This document shows, one piece after another, positions 52,134 to 64,000 of a DNA stretch of 64,000 nucleotides (position 1 is its first letter; every line of letters begins with the position of its first letter). This DNA is from Octopus vulgaris (lineage: Eukaryota). The stretch spans positions 36,270,001-36,334,000 of the forward strand of contig OX597814.1 in NCBI GenBank assembly GCA_951406725.2, in the 5' to 3' direction. Position numbers and translations under genes: made by a program. The notes below the pieces were generated by a model, which searched no databases, had not been told where the DNA came from, and worked only from the letters and a program-made list of their open reading frames with translations.

Positions 52134-52941
52134 CAAACACACACACATGCATACAGATATGTATTTACATATAGTGTGTGTATATATGTATATATATATA
52201 TATATAGGTGCACACACACACATACATGATAGGCTTATTTCAGTTTCTACCAATCAAATCCACCTAAAAGGCTGTAATTGTCCTGAATGTAATTGACTAG
52301 AATGGAAAATATTTGCCCAAGATGACACACATTGAGATTGAACCAAAACCCATGTAGCAGGGAAGCAGACTTCATAAACACAGAGCAATGCCTGTACCTA
52401 TGCCATATGTGAGCCAATGTTTGTATTAGATATATTTTTAATGCACATTTGGAAACAAGAAATGTACATTTCTTTCCAAGAAATTTTCCTTACTGATATG
52501 TTAAATAACTTAAAATATAATCGATTTGTGAATACCTTTCGCTGAAAGGACATAGAAATGCAAAAACCTGCAGAGAAATCCTATTTTGCAATCTGTCACT
52601 GTTACGATGGTGTATCCGTAAGCAAACTAACTTATTGACAAAGCACCAAGTTCACATAGTTGGAAATCGATTTCTCAGGGTAGGAGCAAATTATTATTCT
52701 AAGCAGCAGCTCTTTAAAACCTATATGTTGTTCTTTAGATTTCAATAATGCAAAGTTCAATTCATTCTGTGAATAAAACACCCTAAGGACAAATACCTTG
52801 GTGCTGGTCTCACAATAAAAGCGGGTTTAAATATTCTCACCAACCAATATAGATGTGTGGCCCTTATGCAGGATTGCAGGCGTCAAAAATAAAGCAATGA
52901 CCAGATATATGTGCATGCTTACATACATATATATATATACG

Positions 52942-52972
<31 letters not shown>

Positions 52973-52974
52973 GC

Positions 52975-53415
52975 ACATCATTATCATCATCATTACAGAC
53001 ATCATCATCTTCGTCCTCATCATTATCATAACTATCATCATCACCATTGTCATCATCATTGTCATCATCGTTGTCATTGTCCTTGTTGTCATCTTCCTCC
53101 TCCTCTTTCTCCTCCTCCTCCTCATCATCACTATTTTAACATACACTTTTCCATGCCCACATGCCATGAATGGAACTCTGAGGTAGATTTTCTTACAGCT
53201 TGATGCCCTTTGTGTCACCAACCCTCATCTCTTTCCAAATAATGTAATATTTCCTCATAACCAGACATGTTTTCAGAAACGGTAACATACACATCAACTT
53301 ACAAGACTTTTGTTGACCCAGGCTTATAGTAGAAGACACGTGGACCAGGTGCCATGCAGTGAGACTGAACTTGAAACCATTTGTTTGGGAAGCAAACAAC
53401 TTGTCTCACAGTCAC
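52975..53415 (-). mobile_element. SINE with family A head and RTE-type tail, decayed (CAT)n tail
   Basis: Reverse counterpart of 38507-39032. Confidence 0.65.
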
Positions 53416-53432
53416 AATATGCATACAAATTC

Positions 53433-53467
<35 letters not shown>

Positions 53468-53468
53468 G

Positions 53469-53500
<32 letters not shown>

Positions 53501-53520
53501 CATATATATATATATATATA

Positions 53521-53822
53521 CTAGCAGTAACGCCCGGCGTTTCTCGGGTTTGTAAGGGAAATAACTATATAAGCATTTTTAGAGAGTTACTTCCCTTATA
53601 TAAACGGAGCAAAAATCATAAAAAATGCGGAAAGATGATGGTAATTTTTTTTTTAATCGTAGACTCATCGTAGACACGCGCTAATACCCAGAAGGGCTCG
53701 ATATGAATCACGACTATAAGATACCCGCTTTTGGTTAAACTGCACCGCAAAATGTGGGAGTAGTTAGGAATCTAAATCGGAGTAGACAGACACACACACA
53801 ACTTCAGTTTTATATATAAAGA
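53521..53822 (-). mobile_element. Non-autonomous Helitron, subfamily H1
   Basis: Minus strand A|TCtttatatataaaa ... cccgagaaacgccggg hairpin ... gCTAG|T, no TSD. Confidence 0.9.
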
Positions 53823-53838
53823 TTATATATATATATCT

Positions 53839-54504
53839 AATGTAGGATTAAATTTTTCGAAAAAAATTCTATCAATGGCCAGCATATTAAAAAATACCTT
53901 TAAAGGTTAAATTTATAAACAATTATTAAGTAAGGGCAAAAGAAAAAAATTTTCTAATGCCAAAATATGCCTAAAATAGACAACGTCAATAACCATGTAA
54001 TTTATCTCTAACAAGCACGTATTTCGAAGAAAGCTGATAGAAATTCCTACAAAATCCCGTTATTACCATATCGGACCCGATTTCAGAGTTAGTTCATAAG
54101 AACCTTCCCTTCATCAGTGATAAATGCGGCAAAAGGAATAAGTGAAATACTTACTTATACCCATGGAAGAAGCGAGCACTAAGTCATGAGCACAATTAAG
54201 TACCCCAAATATATCTAAAATAGAAACTCTCCAGCCCATATCGAGACACATGCGATTTGGATACTATTAAATTAACATCAAATGTAGGATAAAATTTTTC
54301 GAAAAGAATTCTAACAATGGCCAGCATATTAAAAAATACCTTTAAAGGTTAAATTTATAAACAATTTATAAGTAAGGGCAAAAGAAAAAACATTTTCTAA
54401 TGCCAAAATATGCCGAGTGATAAATTACATGGTTATTGATGTTGTCTATTTTCGGCATATTTTGGCATTTGAAAATTTTTTTATTTTGCCCTTACTTATA
54501 AATT
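53839..54504 (-). mobile_element. Penelope-like partial tandem (442-bp period) with terminal inverted segment
   Basis: 53839-53970 is repeated at 54281-54414. 54416-54504 is the reverse complement of 53921-54009. Confidence 0.7.
54069..54122 (-). ncRNA. Minimal type I hammerhead ribozyme motif
   Basis: Minus strand UAUCA-CUGAUGA-AGGGAAGGUUC(UUAU)GAACUAACUCU-GAAA-UCGG-GUC-CGAUA: intact core boxes, 9-bp stem II with a 2x2 loop, GUC site, short stem I with one mismatch, vestigial stem III. Confidence 0.6.
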
Positions 54505-54509
54505 ATATA

Positions 54510-54888
54510 CTCTTTACTCTTTTACTCTTTTACTTGTTTCAGTCATTTGACTGTGGCCATGCTGGAGCACCCGGGACTTATTCTTTGTAAGTCCAGTACT
54601 TATTCTATCGGTCTCTTATGCCGAACCGCTAAGTGATGGGGACGTAAACACACCGGCATCGGTTGTCAAGCAATGCTAGGGGGACAAACACAGACTCACA
54701 AACACACACACACACATACATATATACGACAGGCTTCTTTCAGTTTCCGTCTACCAAATCCACTCACAAGGCATTGGTCGGCCCGGGGCTAGAGCAGAGA
54801 CACTTGCCCAAAATGCCACGCAGTGGGACTGAACCCGGAACCATGAGGTTGGTTAGCAAGCTACTTACCACACAGCCACTCCTGCGCC

Positions 54889-54890
<2 letters not shown>
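54510..54890 (-). mobile_element. SINE family A, young copy with ~30-bp deletion
   Basis: CpG-rich reverse copy with a (tactcttt)n tail. Confidence 0.9.
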
Positions 54891-54941
<51 letters not shown>

Positions 54942-55447
54942 GTATATATATATAGACTTTTTCAATTCTTGATCGTTATACTAATATATCTGTTTGTTTT
55001 GTACACCACCTATCTTTGTCTTTTGTTTTTTCCGTGAACTCTCCTCATATATCACACGCTCACGTGGTCGCACCAGTTGATTCTGTCATCTCTTATCACA
55101 CACGAACTTCCCCACTGGACTTTCTACCTATCTACCCTTTACGGATTCTCTTTTGGACATTTACCCTCCGGCTACACCTCTCTTACCTATGGATCACTGT
55201 GGACTCTACTCCCTCTCTCTCTCTCTATATATATATACATACATATATATAAATATATATATATATATATATGAATATATATAAATATAGGTGAGTTGGT
55301 GATGGGAAAGGCATCCAATGGTAGAAACTCTGCCTGAATGTCTGGCCCATGCAAAGCATGACAAAGTGGTTGTTAAAACGATGATGATATATGCTAATTT
55401 AACGATTTGCAGCAAATAGCAGGACATTTCAGTCTTATTGATCTTAC

Positions 55448-55502
55448 CAAATGAATATGGATTAAGATCCCATTTTAGAAAATATAATAATGAAATACAT
55501 CT
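55448..55502 (-). other. Candidate 55-nt exon
   Basis: Acceptor tgttttttaattttccag, donor TTG|GTAAGA. One open frame, RCISLLYFLKWDLNPYSF. Confidence 0.22.
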
Positions 55503-56142
55503 CTGGAAAATTAAAAAACAATATTGAACACATAGAGGGTGGGTAGGAGTAGGTGAAGTCTTTATTGCATTTTTTCCCATCCGTAAGTTCCAATTTTAAT
55601 GGATTTTATTAAAGTAAATATATTCATAGAAGAATAAAAATTAGGAAAATGGAAGTTAGATAGAACGTAATTAAATGTGGAATAGTAAATATGAAAGAGA
55701 AAGGGAGTGAGAGTTGAGGAAACGTATTGATGTCATAAAGCTAGGAGGTGGGGAAGATTTGATACTAAGTGTTTGGACCAAAAATATTTTCAGAATTGGT
55801 CTTTTAATAAAGGCACTGATACGCACGTGAGTGTGCTCTCTCTCTCTATTTCTTTCTCTCTCTCTCTCACACACACACATACACAAACTCACATGCACAC
55901 ACACACACGCACATACACATAATTATCATCATCATCATCGTTTTATGGAGAGTAAAATAATACATTTCCATGACCAGATATGTTTCTGAATGAAGCTTGG
56001 AAATGAATAATGTTTATTTACAACCATCTTGCAATGCCAAAGCAGAGGCATGCACACTCCACAGACACACATACATATATGCATATTTACACACATAGAC
56101 TCTGCATATGCATGAATGTGAGTGCATGTGTATGTATGTATG

Positions 56143-56175
<33 letters not shown>

Positions 56176-56501
56176 CAAATAAGAAAATGGAGAAGCACAA
56201 TAGTTCGTTCATCAACTTTAGGACATTAAAATATTAACTTATTTATTTATCAAAACGACAACCATAATAACATATAGTAAATTATTCTATGCATATAAAG
56301 TAATACAAGCAAATATAAATAGATAGGTAGATAGATTGACAAATATATATATATATATGTATACTTACATACACACACACATACACACACACACACATAT
56401 ACATACATACATACATACATACATAAATATATAAATACATACATACATACATACATATACATACATACATACATACATACATACATACATACATACATAC
56501 A

Positions 56502-56533
<32 letters not shown>

Positions 56534-56816
56534 CACACATATATATACCGTTACTAGTGTGCAAAAGTGTTGTAAGTCTGAAATGTTGCTTTTTCACAAA
56601 ACAAAATAATAGTTTCACCATTTCATAGCAAAACCGTTGTACTACACTTTGCCAATTTTTGATATCTTGACATCTGAAGCACCTGGAGATACAATAGTTT
56701 GACTAAAAGAACCGGCTGTTGCAGGCAAAAATAAATACTGAAAAAATGCGTTCGGCCAAATTTGGACAAATGACAGTTTAACATAATAGCACCAATACAT
56801 GAATATATATATATAT

Positions 56817-57200
56817 AAGGAGTGGCTGTTTGTAAGTAGCTTGCTTCCCAGCTACAAGGTTCTGGGTTCAGTCCTACTGCTTGGCACTTTGGGCAAGTGT
56901 CTTCTACTATAGCCTCGGGCCGACCAAAGCCTTGTCAGCGGATTTGATAGATGGAAACTGAAAGAAGCCCATCGTGTGTGTGTGTGTGTATGTTTGTGTG
57001 TCTGTGTTTGACCCCACCCCCATTGCTTGACAACCGATGCTGGTGTACTTATGTCCCTATAACTTTGCGGTTCGGCAAAAAAAACCGATAGAATAAGTAA
57101 TAGGCTTACAAAGAGTAAGTACTGGGGATGATTTGTTCGACTAAAGGCGGTGCTCCAACATGGCCACAGTCAAACGACTGAAACAAGTAAAAGAATAAAA
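56817..57200 (+). mobile_element. SINE family A
   Basis: Full-length similarity to 13426-13833. Confidence 0.88.
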
Positions 57201-57273
57201 AAATATATATACATACATACATACATACATACATAAATACATACATACATACATACATACATACATACATACA

Positions 57274-57309
<36 letters not shown>

Positions 57310-57481
57310 TATATATAAATATCTTGTCTTGTTCCATTCCTTAGACTGGTGCTGTATATGTATGTATTACATATGTAGACATACACACAATGATAATTTT
57401 TGGCAACATGTATCTCGGTATTACCTCATTAATTTGATACAACTTGTTATCCAATCATTGCTGAATTTTACAGCTTTAATA

Positions 57482-58762
57482 ATGGGTGATGAAAGAATTG
57501 CACTTGGAGCCACTGCATACCATTTGTGAAAGTAAGGACTGATTGGAGGTGGTAAAAGAAATTAGTGATGTGAAAGGCCAACTACCTGTCAATGAACATG
57601 TGGCATAAAACTGCTTCTGAAGTTTCAAGGAAATTGTCACCAGCCATGAAGACAAACTGAGGTCAAAAGACCTTCTGTTATGAAAGATGAGACTTTGCTT
57701 TAACTCTTTTGTTACCATATTTATTTTGAGATGCTCTGTGTTTCTTTCAATTAATTTTAAATATAACAAAGCATTTAGTAAAACAACTTAGTTAACATTA
57801 AGCTAGTGCTAGGAACATAAATTGTGGTGGAAGGTTTGGTGGAAGATTTTAATTCAAAACTTGTGAAAACAATTACAGAGCCAGAGCCGGTTTCAGCTGG
57901 GTTGCTATCGAAAGGGTTAAATAGTCAAATAACAGCCAAGCACAGGCACTCTTACATTGTCAGCATAACCTGGCCCTTCACATAGCGCCGTCAATCAACA
58001 TTTCCATAAGCTTTGTCCTTTAAATAGATGCTGTCAAGAAACTTAACATGAACTGACCAATGACCAGGCTCAGTGGTGTGTGAACATTTGTAAACAACTA
58101 TTGGCAAATATTTGAGATGTCAATTTTTAGTGTCAACTTGTAACTGGGGAAGAAAAATGGATCTACTTTTATAAAGAAAATTCAGTAGCTCCATTCTGTC
58201 CAGCCTTCAGAACCTACTATCACACAAAGGCAGTTTGAACAGAAGGTCATGTGCATTTGGTAGAATTTTGAGGATGAGTTGAACTTTGAGCTTGTCCCAG
58301 ATGGTCGTGCAGTGAATGCTAATATTTATGCTCAACAACTTCAGCTAGAATATGATGCTCTGAAAACCTGCTACCCAGCATTTCTCAATTAAAGATGTGT
58401 GCTCTTACAGCATGACAGTGCTAGAGCACACACTGCCAATGTGACCAAGGGAGCTGGAAGTGCTTTTTACCTTGCTTACAGTCCAGACATTTTATACCAT
58501 CATATTTTCCAAGCCATGGCTAATTTTCTGCATGGATGAAGGTTCAGGAATGTGGATGTGTATGAAAAAGATCCAGAGTCTTTTCATGTTTAAACCAATG
58601 AAATGGTACAAATGTGGAACCAAGCTTCTGGCACAATGATGGCAACAGGTAATAAAATATGATGGAATATATTTTGAAGAATTAGCATATTTTGTATGTA
58701 ATTTGTTTGAACTATTGATTAAAGTATGAAATACAAAAAATACTTTGAACTCAACCTGATAT
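57482..58762 (+). mobile_element. mariner transposase pseudogene
   Basis: LVTGEEKWIYF, QKVMCIW, FELVPDGRAVNANIYAQQL, LLQHDSARAHTA, AYSPDI, IFQAMANFLHG. Right TIR-like actttgaactcaacctga-TA. Left TIR not found. Confidence 0.9.
57704..57916. mobile_element. piggyBac-type MITE inserted in the mariner
   Basis: TTAA(57700)-ctcttttgttacc ... gctatcgaaaggg-TTAA(57917). Confidence 0.75.
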
Positions 58763-58769
58763 ATAAATT

Positions 58770-59990
58770 ATCAACTTCATTATCCTTATCATCATTCTTA
58801 GTCATCGTATGCTCACTGAAAGGCAAAAGGCCACTCTTAGCTGATGCTAATATTGGCTCTATCCTATGCTATTCCTGTAATACCAATCATCTTGCCTCAT
58901 TTCTTTATCTTGTTTACCATCTTCCCTCTTTGTGTGAATCTTGCCATTTGTCTCCAATCTGTACACAGCATTGTTCACCCTGTTCCATTTGCTCACCTCT
59001 ATTTCATCTTCTTAATATGTCTTGTGATATCTTGTACTTCTCTTTGATCTCTTATTCATCGATAAGTTTTAATGCCCTTTTTAGACATTCCTAACATGCA
59101 TCTTTCCATCCATCTTTGTGTTGTTCCAAGTTTCTGTTGCATGTTTCATGTCACTGGTTATGTTTCTACAGCATAAGCCATTGTCTAGTATGATTTACTA
59201 AATACACAATGTTTCAAGCCATGTCATCTTACATTTCATAATGTCAATTTATCAAAAGCACACCTTCCAGCTGGGATTTGTCCTTTTACTAAGTGTAAAT
59301 GGCTGAATTCTGCATTAACTAAGTCTTTTACTTGTTTCAGACATTTGACTGTGGCTATGTTGGAGCACCACCTTTAGTCGAGCAAATCGACCACAGGACT
59401 TATTCTTTCTAAGCCTAGTACTTATTCTATCAGTCGCTTTTGCCGAACCACTAAGTTACGGTGACATAAATACACCAGCATTGGTTGTCAAGCGATGTTG
59501 GGGATACAAACACAGACACACAAACATACAGACACACACACACACACATATACATATATTCAGTTTCTGCCTACCAAATCCACTCACAAGGCTTTGGTCG
59601 ACCTGAGGCTAAAGTAGAAGACACTTGTCCAAGGTACCACGCAGTGGGACTGAACCCGGAACCATGTGGTTCCTAAACAAGCTACTTACCACACAGCCAC
59701 TACTATGCCTAACTGTTCAAGATGAATCTATTTGTCAGTTCGTATTATAGTATCATGATGACTTCATCTGTTGAATGGCTATGAAACATGAACTGTGTTT
59801 CCTTCATACTTATTTTTAATCCTGTCTTGTTGCTTGCACTGTTCAGTTCATTTAACATTTGTTTAGGCACATACGCATAATTCAAGAAGAGAAACTACCA
59901 CATAAATCCTGTAAAAACTGCACTCGTAGACATCTTTCATCCCATTTTACATGCAATATGCTTGGTTCAGTTCCTGCCTGACATAAAAAT
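58770..59990 (-). mobile_element. Old RTE LINE RT C-terminal relic
   Basis: KQMLNELNSASNKTGLKISMKETQFM, QKLGTTQRWMERCMLGMS, IRDQREVQDITRHIKKMK. Decayed (GAT)n-like tail at 58770-58800. Interrupted by SINE A. Confidence 0.7.
59325..59712 (-). mobile_element. SINE family A
   Basis: Full-length reverse copy. Confidence 0.9.
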
Positions 59991-60716
59991 TTCAGGCTAT
60001 GCTTATTACTGTCTGTGACATGATGCTTAAATATGCATGAACGATATTTCTGCCCAAATATCCAAAATTAATCATCATATTTTTCACAGAAATAAAACTA
60101 ATAAACTACATGTAAACAAATCTTTTGGTAACTCTTAACAAATTAAATCCATGTTAATGAACTCCTAATTCTCTATATTTAATAATTTCTAGCTTATTGA
60201 TTTAATTACATGTAAAACACATTTTATTAAATTTCATCACAAGCAGTAATAAAATAAATAACACTCTCTTGCTACCCTAGCTTGTACACACCATCTCTTG
60301 CTTATTTGAATTATATAAAATACATTTTCTGATGTTATAAAACATGTTCGGAAATTTATTAAGTTATATATCTATAATATAATGCATCACTTTGCAGTTA
60401 TCTGCTCTACTTCTGTGTAGTGCAGTAATAATTTATAGTAACAATATTATGTGTTCCTGCTCGTAAATAAGGGATTCAGCTGTACTTACCAACAGATTAA
60501 AATGTTATCCTTGTATTTCGATATTTGTGAAGTAAATGAATGATTAAAGTATGCTAGTATGCAACGAAGTTAAGTACAAAATATTTAATGGAATGCTAGC
60601 TATTCAGGGCAAAGATGAAATATATTCTTATAATGTTATTACCTTTTCTTGTTTACTCACTAATTATAATTCTCCATGCATTACATGTTTGTGTGTGTGT
60701 GTGTGTACCTGTGTGC

Positions 60717-60751
<35 letters not shown>

Positions 60752-60817
60752 CATATATATGTATGCATGTATATCTATAAACACATGCAAACATATATAC
60801 ATATGCAAGTATGGTTA

Positions 60818-61207
60818 TAGGTGCAGGAGTGGCTGTGTGGTAAGAAGCTTGCTTACCAACCACATGGTTCTGAGTTCAGTCTCACTGCATGGCACCTTGG
60901 GCAAGTGTCTTCTACCATAGCTTCAGGCTGACCAAAGCCCAGTGAGTAGATTAGGTTGGCGGAAACTGAAAGAAGCCCATCCTTCATATATATATATGTT
61001 TGTGTGTCTGTATTTGTCCCCTCATTATCACTTGACAACCGATTTTGGTGTGTTTACATCCCCATAACTTAGTATTCCACCAAAAGACACTGATAAAATA
61101 AGTACTAGGCTTACAAAGAATAAGTCCGGGGGTCGATTTCTTAAACTAAGGGCGATATTCCTGCATGGCTGCAATCAAAAACTGTAACAAATAAAAGAAT
61201 AAAAGAA
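60818..61207 (+). mobile_element. SINE family A
   Basis: Full-length copy with an (aataaaag)n tail. Confidence 0.9.
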
Positions 61208-61274
61208 TATATATATATATATACATATATATACACACACACATATATACATACATACATACATACATACATCA

Positions 61275-61785
61275 TACACACACACACACACTTATACATA
61301 CCAATACGTACTAATACATACTAATACATACTAATACATACACCAACCCCATACATACGCATGTCCAGACCAATCCTACGCACTAATACTCTCTCATACA
61401 CACACACACACACACACACACACCCTTATACATACTAATACATACACCAACCCTATACATACACACATCCAGACCCCTCCTACGCACTATTAGCTGGTCC
61501 CTCAACCCTTTTATCAACCCTATTATCTCCCCTTATTTCGCTCTCGCGTCTCATGTTTGATCTTTGACCTCTGGCCGAAATCAGATCGCCATGTTGATTC
61601 GTTAGCTACTGCACGCATTTTTTTCTCTCCTTCTTTCTGTGTTTTTCTCTCTGTGTATCTTTCTGTTGAAGAGCGTAGGCTCGAAACGTTAAAGACTTGT
61701 TTTATTTATATTTCCTGAGCGCCATACTAATACAATTGTTCGTTTGTTTTCCACCTGCCTTCGTCTTTTGTTTATTTTCATAAAG

Positions 61786-61790
<5 letters not shown>
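61275..61790 (+). mobile_element. Penelope-like repeat fragment with internal duplication and hammerhead-like motif
   Basis: Duplicated catactaatacatacaccaaccc..tcctacgcacta blocks. Motif at 61658-61695. 3' part shared with 30142-30270 and 54955-55045. Confidence 0.5.
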
Positions 61791-61849
<59 letters not shown>

Positions 61850-62664
61850 GTTACTTACAAGGGGAGCAAAAGTGTATGTATGCCACTATATGTATATATA
61901 TAAATCCAAACAATGGGACAAGAATGCAACAGATGACAATAAAATGACGGACAGGAACAAACAAGGACGGGTCTGTATGATGCTTTTACTCTTTCTTTTA
62001 GTTCCCTCATACTTTCTTCCTTTTTCCTCTTTTCTTTCTCTAGGTCCCCCTCTCTCACATTTCTTAGCCTTCTCTTTCTTTAATTCCTACTTTTCCTCTT
62101 CTTTTATCTTCCTTGTACCTCACTTTATATCACTTTGATTTCCTCGCTTTCTCATTCTTCTCCTAATCCTTCAATCCCTCTGCTCTACCTCTCTCTTTTC
62201 ATTCCACGTGACCAGTTTTCAGGTAGGCATGATCTTTCTTTCTCAGCTTGACTGTCGGCTATGAAGCATCTCATATTCCTGTCTCATGACTTTCATCTCT
62301 CATGTTCATCTCCTATGAGCCTGCCTCAAAGCTTTCAATCTACACATGCCAACTCAACTTGATTTGTCCTTATTAATCAAGAGACATCTGTTGTTATTTT
62401 CTTGTTGTTTGTATTTGTAATTGTGTAATATATTCTCCATTTTTTTCTTTGTTGTTGTACACACTTGCTTGTTTTCTCCCCCAAAATTTAATGATCTTAG
62501 TTTAGATTTTTGGGGTGGCCAGATTTGAACAGTCTCAAGTGTAACTATCCAAAACTGTAAGGCTAATTTGGTAACTTGTCTGACGAGAAGAGGCTGAAAA
62601 TGACCCATCCTTGTTTTTACTGTCCATCTTTTTATTGTTGTCAGTTGCACTCTACTTTCTTTTT

Positions 62665-62970
62665 TGGGGGCACATAAAAAACACCATCCGATTGTGGCCG
62701 TTGCCAGCCTCGTCTGGCCCCCGTGCCGGTGGCACGTAAAAAGCACCATCCGAGCGTGGCCGTTTACCAGCCTCGTCTGTGCAGGTGGCACGTAAAAAGC
62801 ACCCACTACAATCACGGAGTAGTTGGCGTTAGGAAGGGCATCCAGCTGTAGAAACACTGCTAAATCAGACTGGGCCTGGCGCAGCCTACTGGCTTCCCAG
62901 ACCCCAGTTGAACCGTCCAACCCATGCTGGCATGGAAAACAGACGTTAAACGATGATGATGATGATGATG
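62665..62970 (+). mobile_element. RTE LINE 3' UTR fragment
   Basis: Three gcacgtaaaaagcacc-type units followed by the shared tail and (gat)n. Confidence 0.88.
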
Positions 62971-63132
62971 ACACACATAAAGGACACTTAGTTGAGGTCA
63001 AATGATTCAAACTTATGCTCTGATATCTTTACAAGGGATCACTTCCATGGGGTAAAGAATGGCTATAAGAGGGATCAAATTGAGCAGATACAGAGGCAAT
63101 TATTCAGATTAGCAAATCATATATAATTTGTT

Positions 63133-63350
63133 TAAGGTGGCAGAGCTGGCAGAAATGTTAGCACACTGGGCGAAATACATAGCAGTATTTCGTCTGTCTA
63201 CATTCTGAGTCCAAATTCCGCTAAGGTTGACTTTGACTTTCATTGTTTTAGGGTCGATAAATTAAGTACTAGTTGTGTACTGGGGTCAATCTAATCAACT
63301 AGCCCCCTCCCACCAAAATTTCAGGCCTTGTGCCTAATGCAGAAAGGAAT
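63133..63350 (+). mobile_element. SINE family B, alternative tail, full length
   Basis: ggcagagctggcagaaa head, family B core, tail ccccctcccaccaaaatttcaggccttgtgcctaatgcagaaagg. Confidence 0.85.
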
Positions 63351-63450
63351 ATATCTAATTTGCTTATCTGCATAACTGTCTCTCTCTCTCTCTCTCTCTT
63401 TCTCTACATACACACACAGGCATGCACGTGCACATGCACATACACACATA

Positions 63451-63513
<63 letters not shown>

Positions 63514-64000
63514 ACACACACATGCAAACCACAATGTGATTGCAAAATAGATAAAATTTGATACAAACTATCACCAACTACATTACATATATATATAACA
63601 TAGAATATTTAAATATGTTTTTAATGCACAGCAAGGACCTAGAAAATTTTCATTCTCAGTATGATTGCCCAAAACTCTTGTCAATACACCATCACCAATT
63701 TCAGCTCCGAAAGCATAATAACCAACCAATTCACTCTGGCTATTTCAAAAGTCATTATCTGCTTGTGCTTTTCATTTTCAGAGAACACCTCCTCCCTTTA
63801 GACACTGTATTCATTACACATGATTCATCTGTGTAAGGAGACTCTGAGACACCAGTGTTTCAACTTCATTATGTGTCTGTGTCTCCTCAGACAAAGCTAT
63901 CCTGTGTTATTGAATTCAGAATCTACAGAAAACTTTGATGCTTGGGTTGTAACAGAAGTTACAATAAATCCTTTTGAATATAATTTGCACTCCCAAGTAT

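Noticed and set aside
62354-63010. 218-aa minus-strand ORF
   Set aside because: The first half is antisense RTE 3' UTR. The second half has only a weak IWPPQ..LNF resemblance to a Tc1-type motif, which is insufficient to call.

Overview
AT-rich eukaryotic genomic DNA dense in microsatellites, most likely a coleoid cephalopod (Octopus). This is inferred from the tRNA-derived SINE families and the (GAT)n-tailed RTE LINEs; no database was consulted. No intact protein-coding gene, rRNA, tRNA gene or CRISPR array is supportable, and nearly all supplied ORFs are read-throughs of microsatellites or repeats. The window looks like intronic or intergenic sequence filled with transposable elements. It holds at least five SINE families (about 30 copies, labelled A-E here), RTE-clade LINE fragments (one family has a PHD finger in ORF2) and an R4/Dong-like RT relic. 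DNA transposons include decayed Tc1, mariner and Chapaev3-like transposases, TTAA (piggyBac-type) and TA MITEs, and non-autonomous Helitrons. There are also Penelope-like repeat units. The most notable signals are four. (1) A 442-bp tandem-plus-inverted unit carries a minimal type I hammerhead ribozyme fold (54069-54122, minus strand). (2) A second repeat family carries a non-canonical hammerhead-like core. (3) A templated two-segment inverted duplication at 44.5-45.4 kb builds a nested palindrome. (4) Helitron 5' ends are stacked at 32.5-33.7 kb. Several isolated candidate exons exist on both strands but cannot be assembled or named. Repeat boundaries were set by eye and are approximate unless a target-site duplication (TSD) is quoted.
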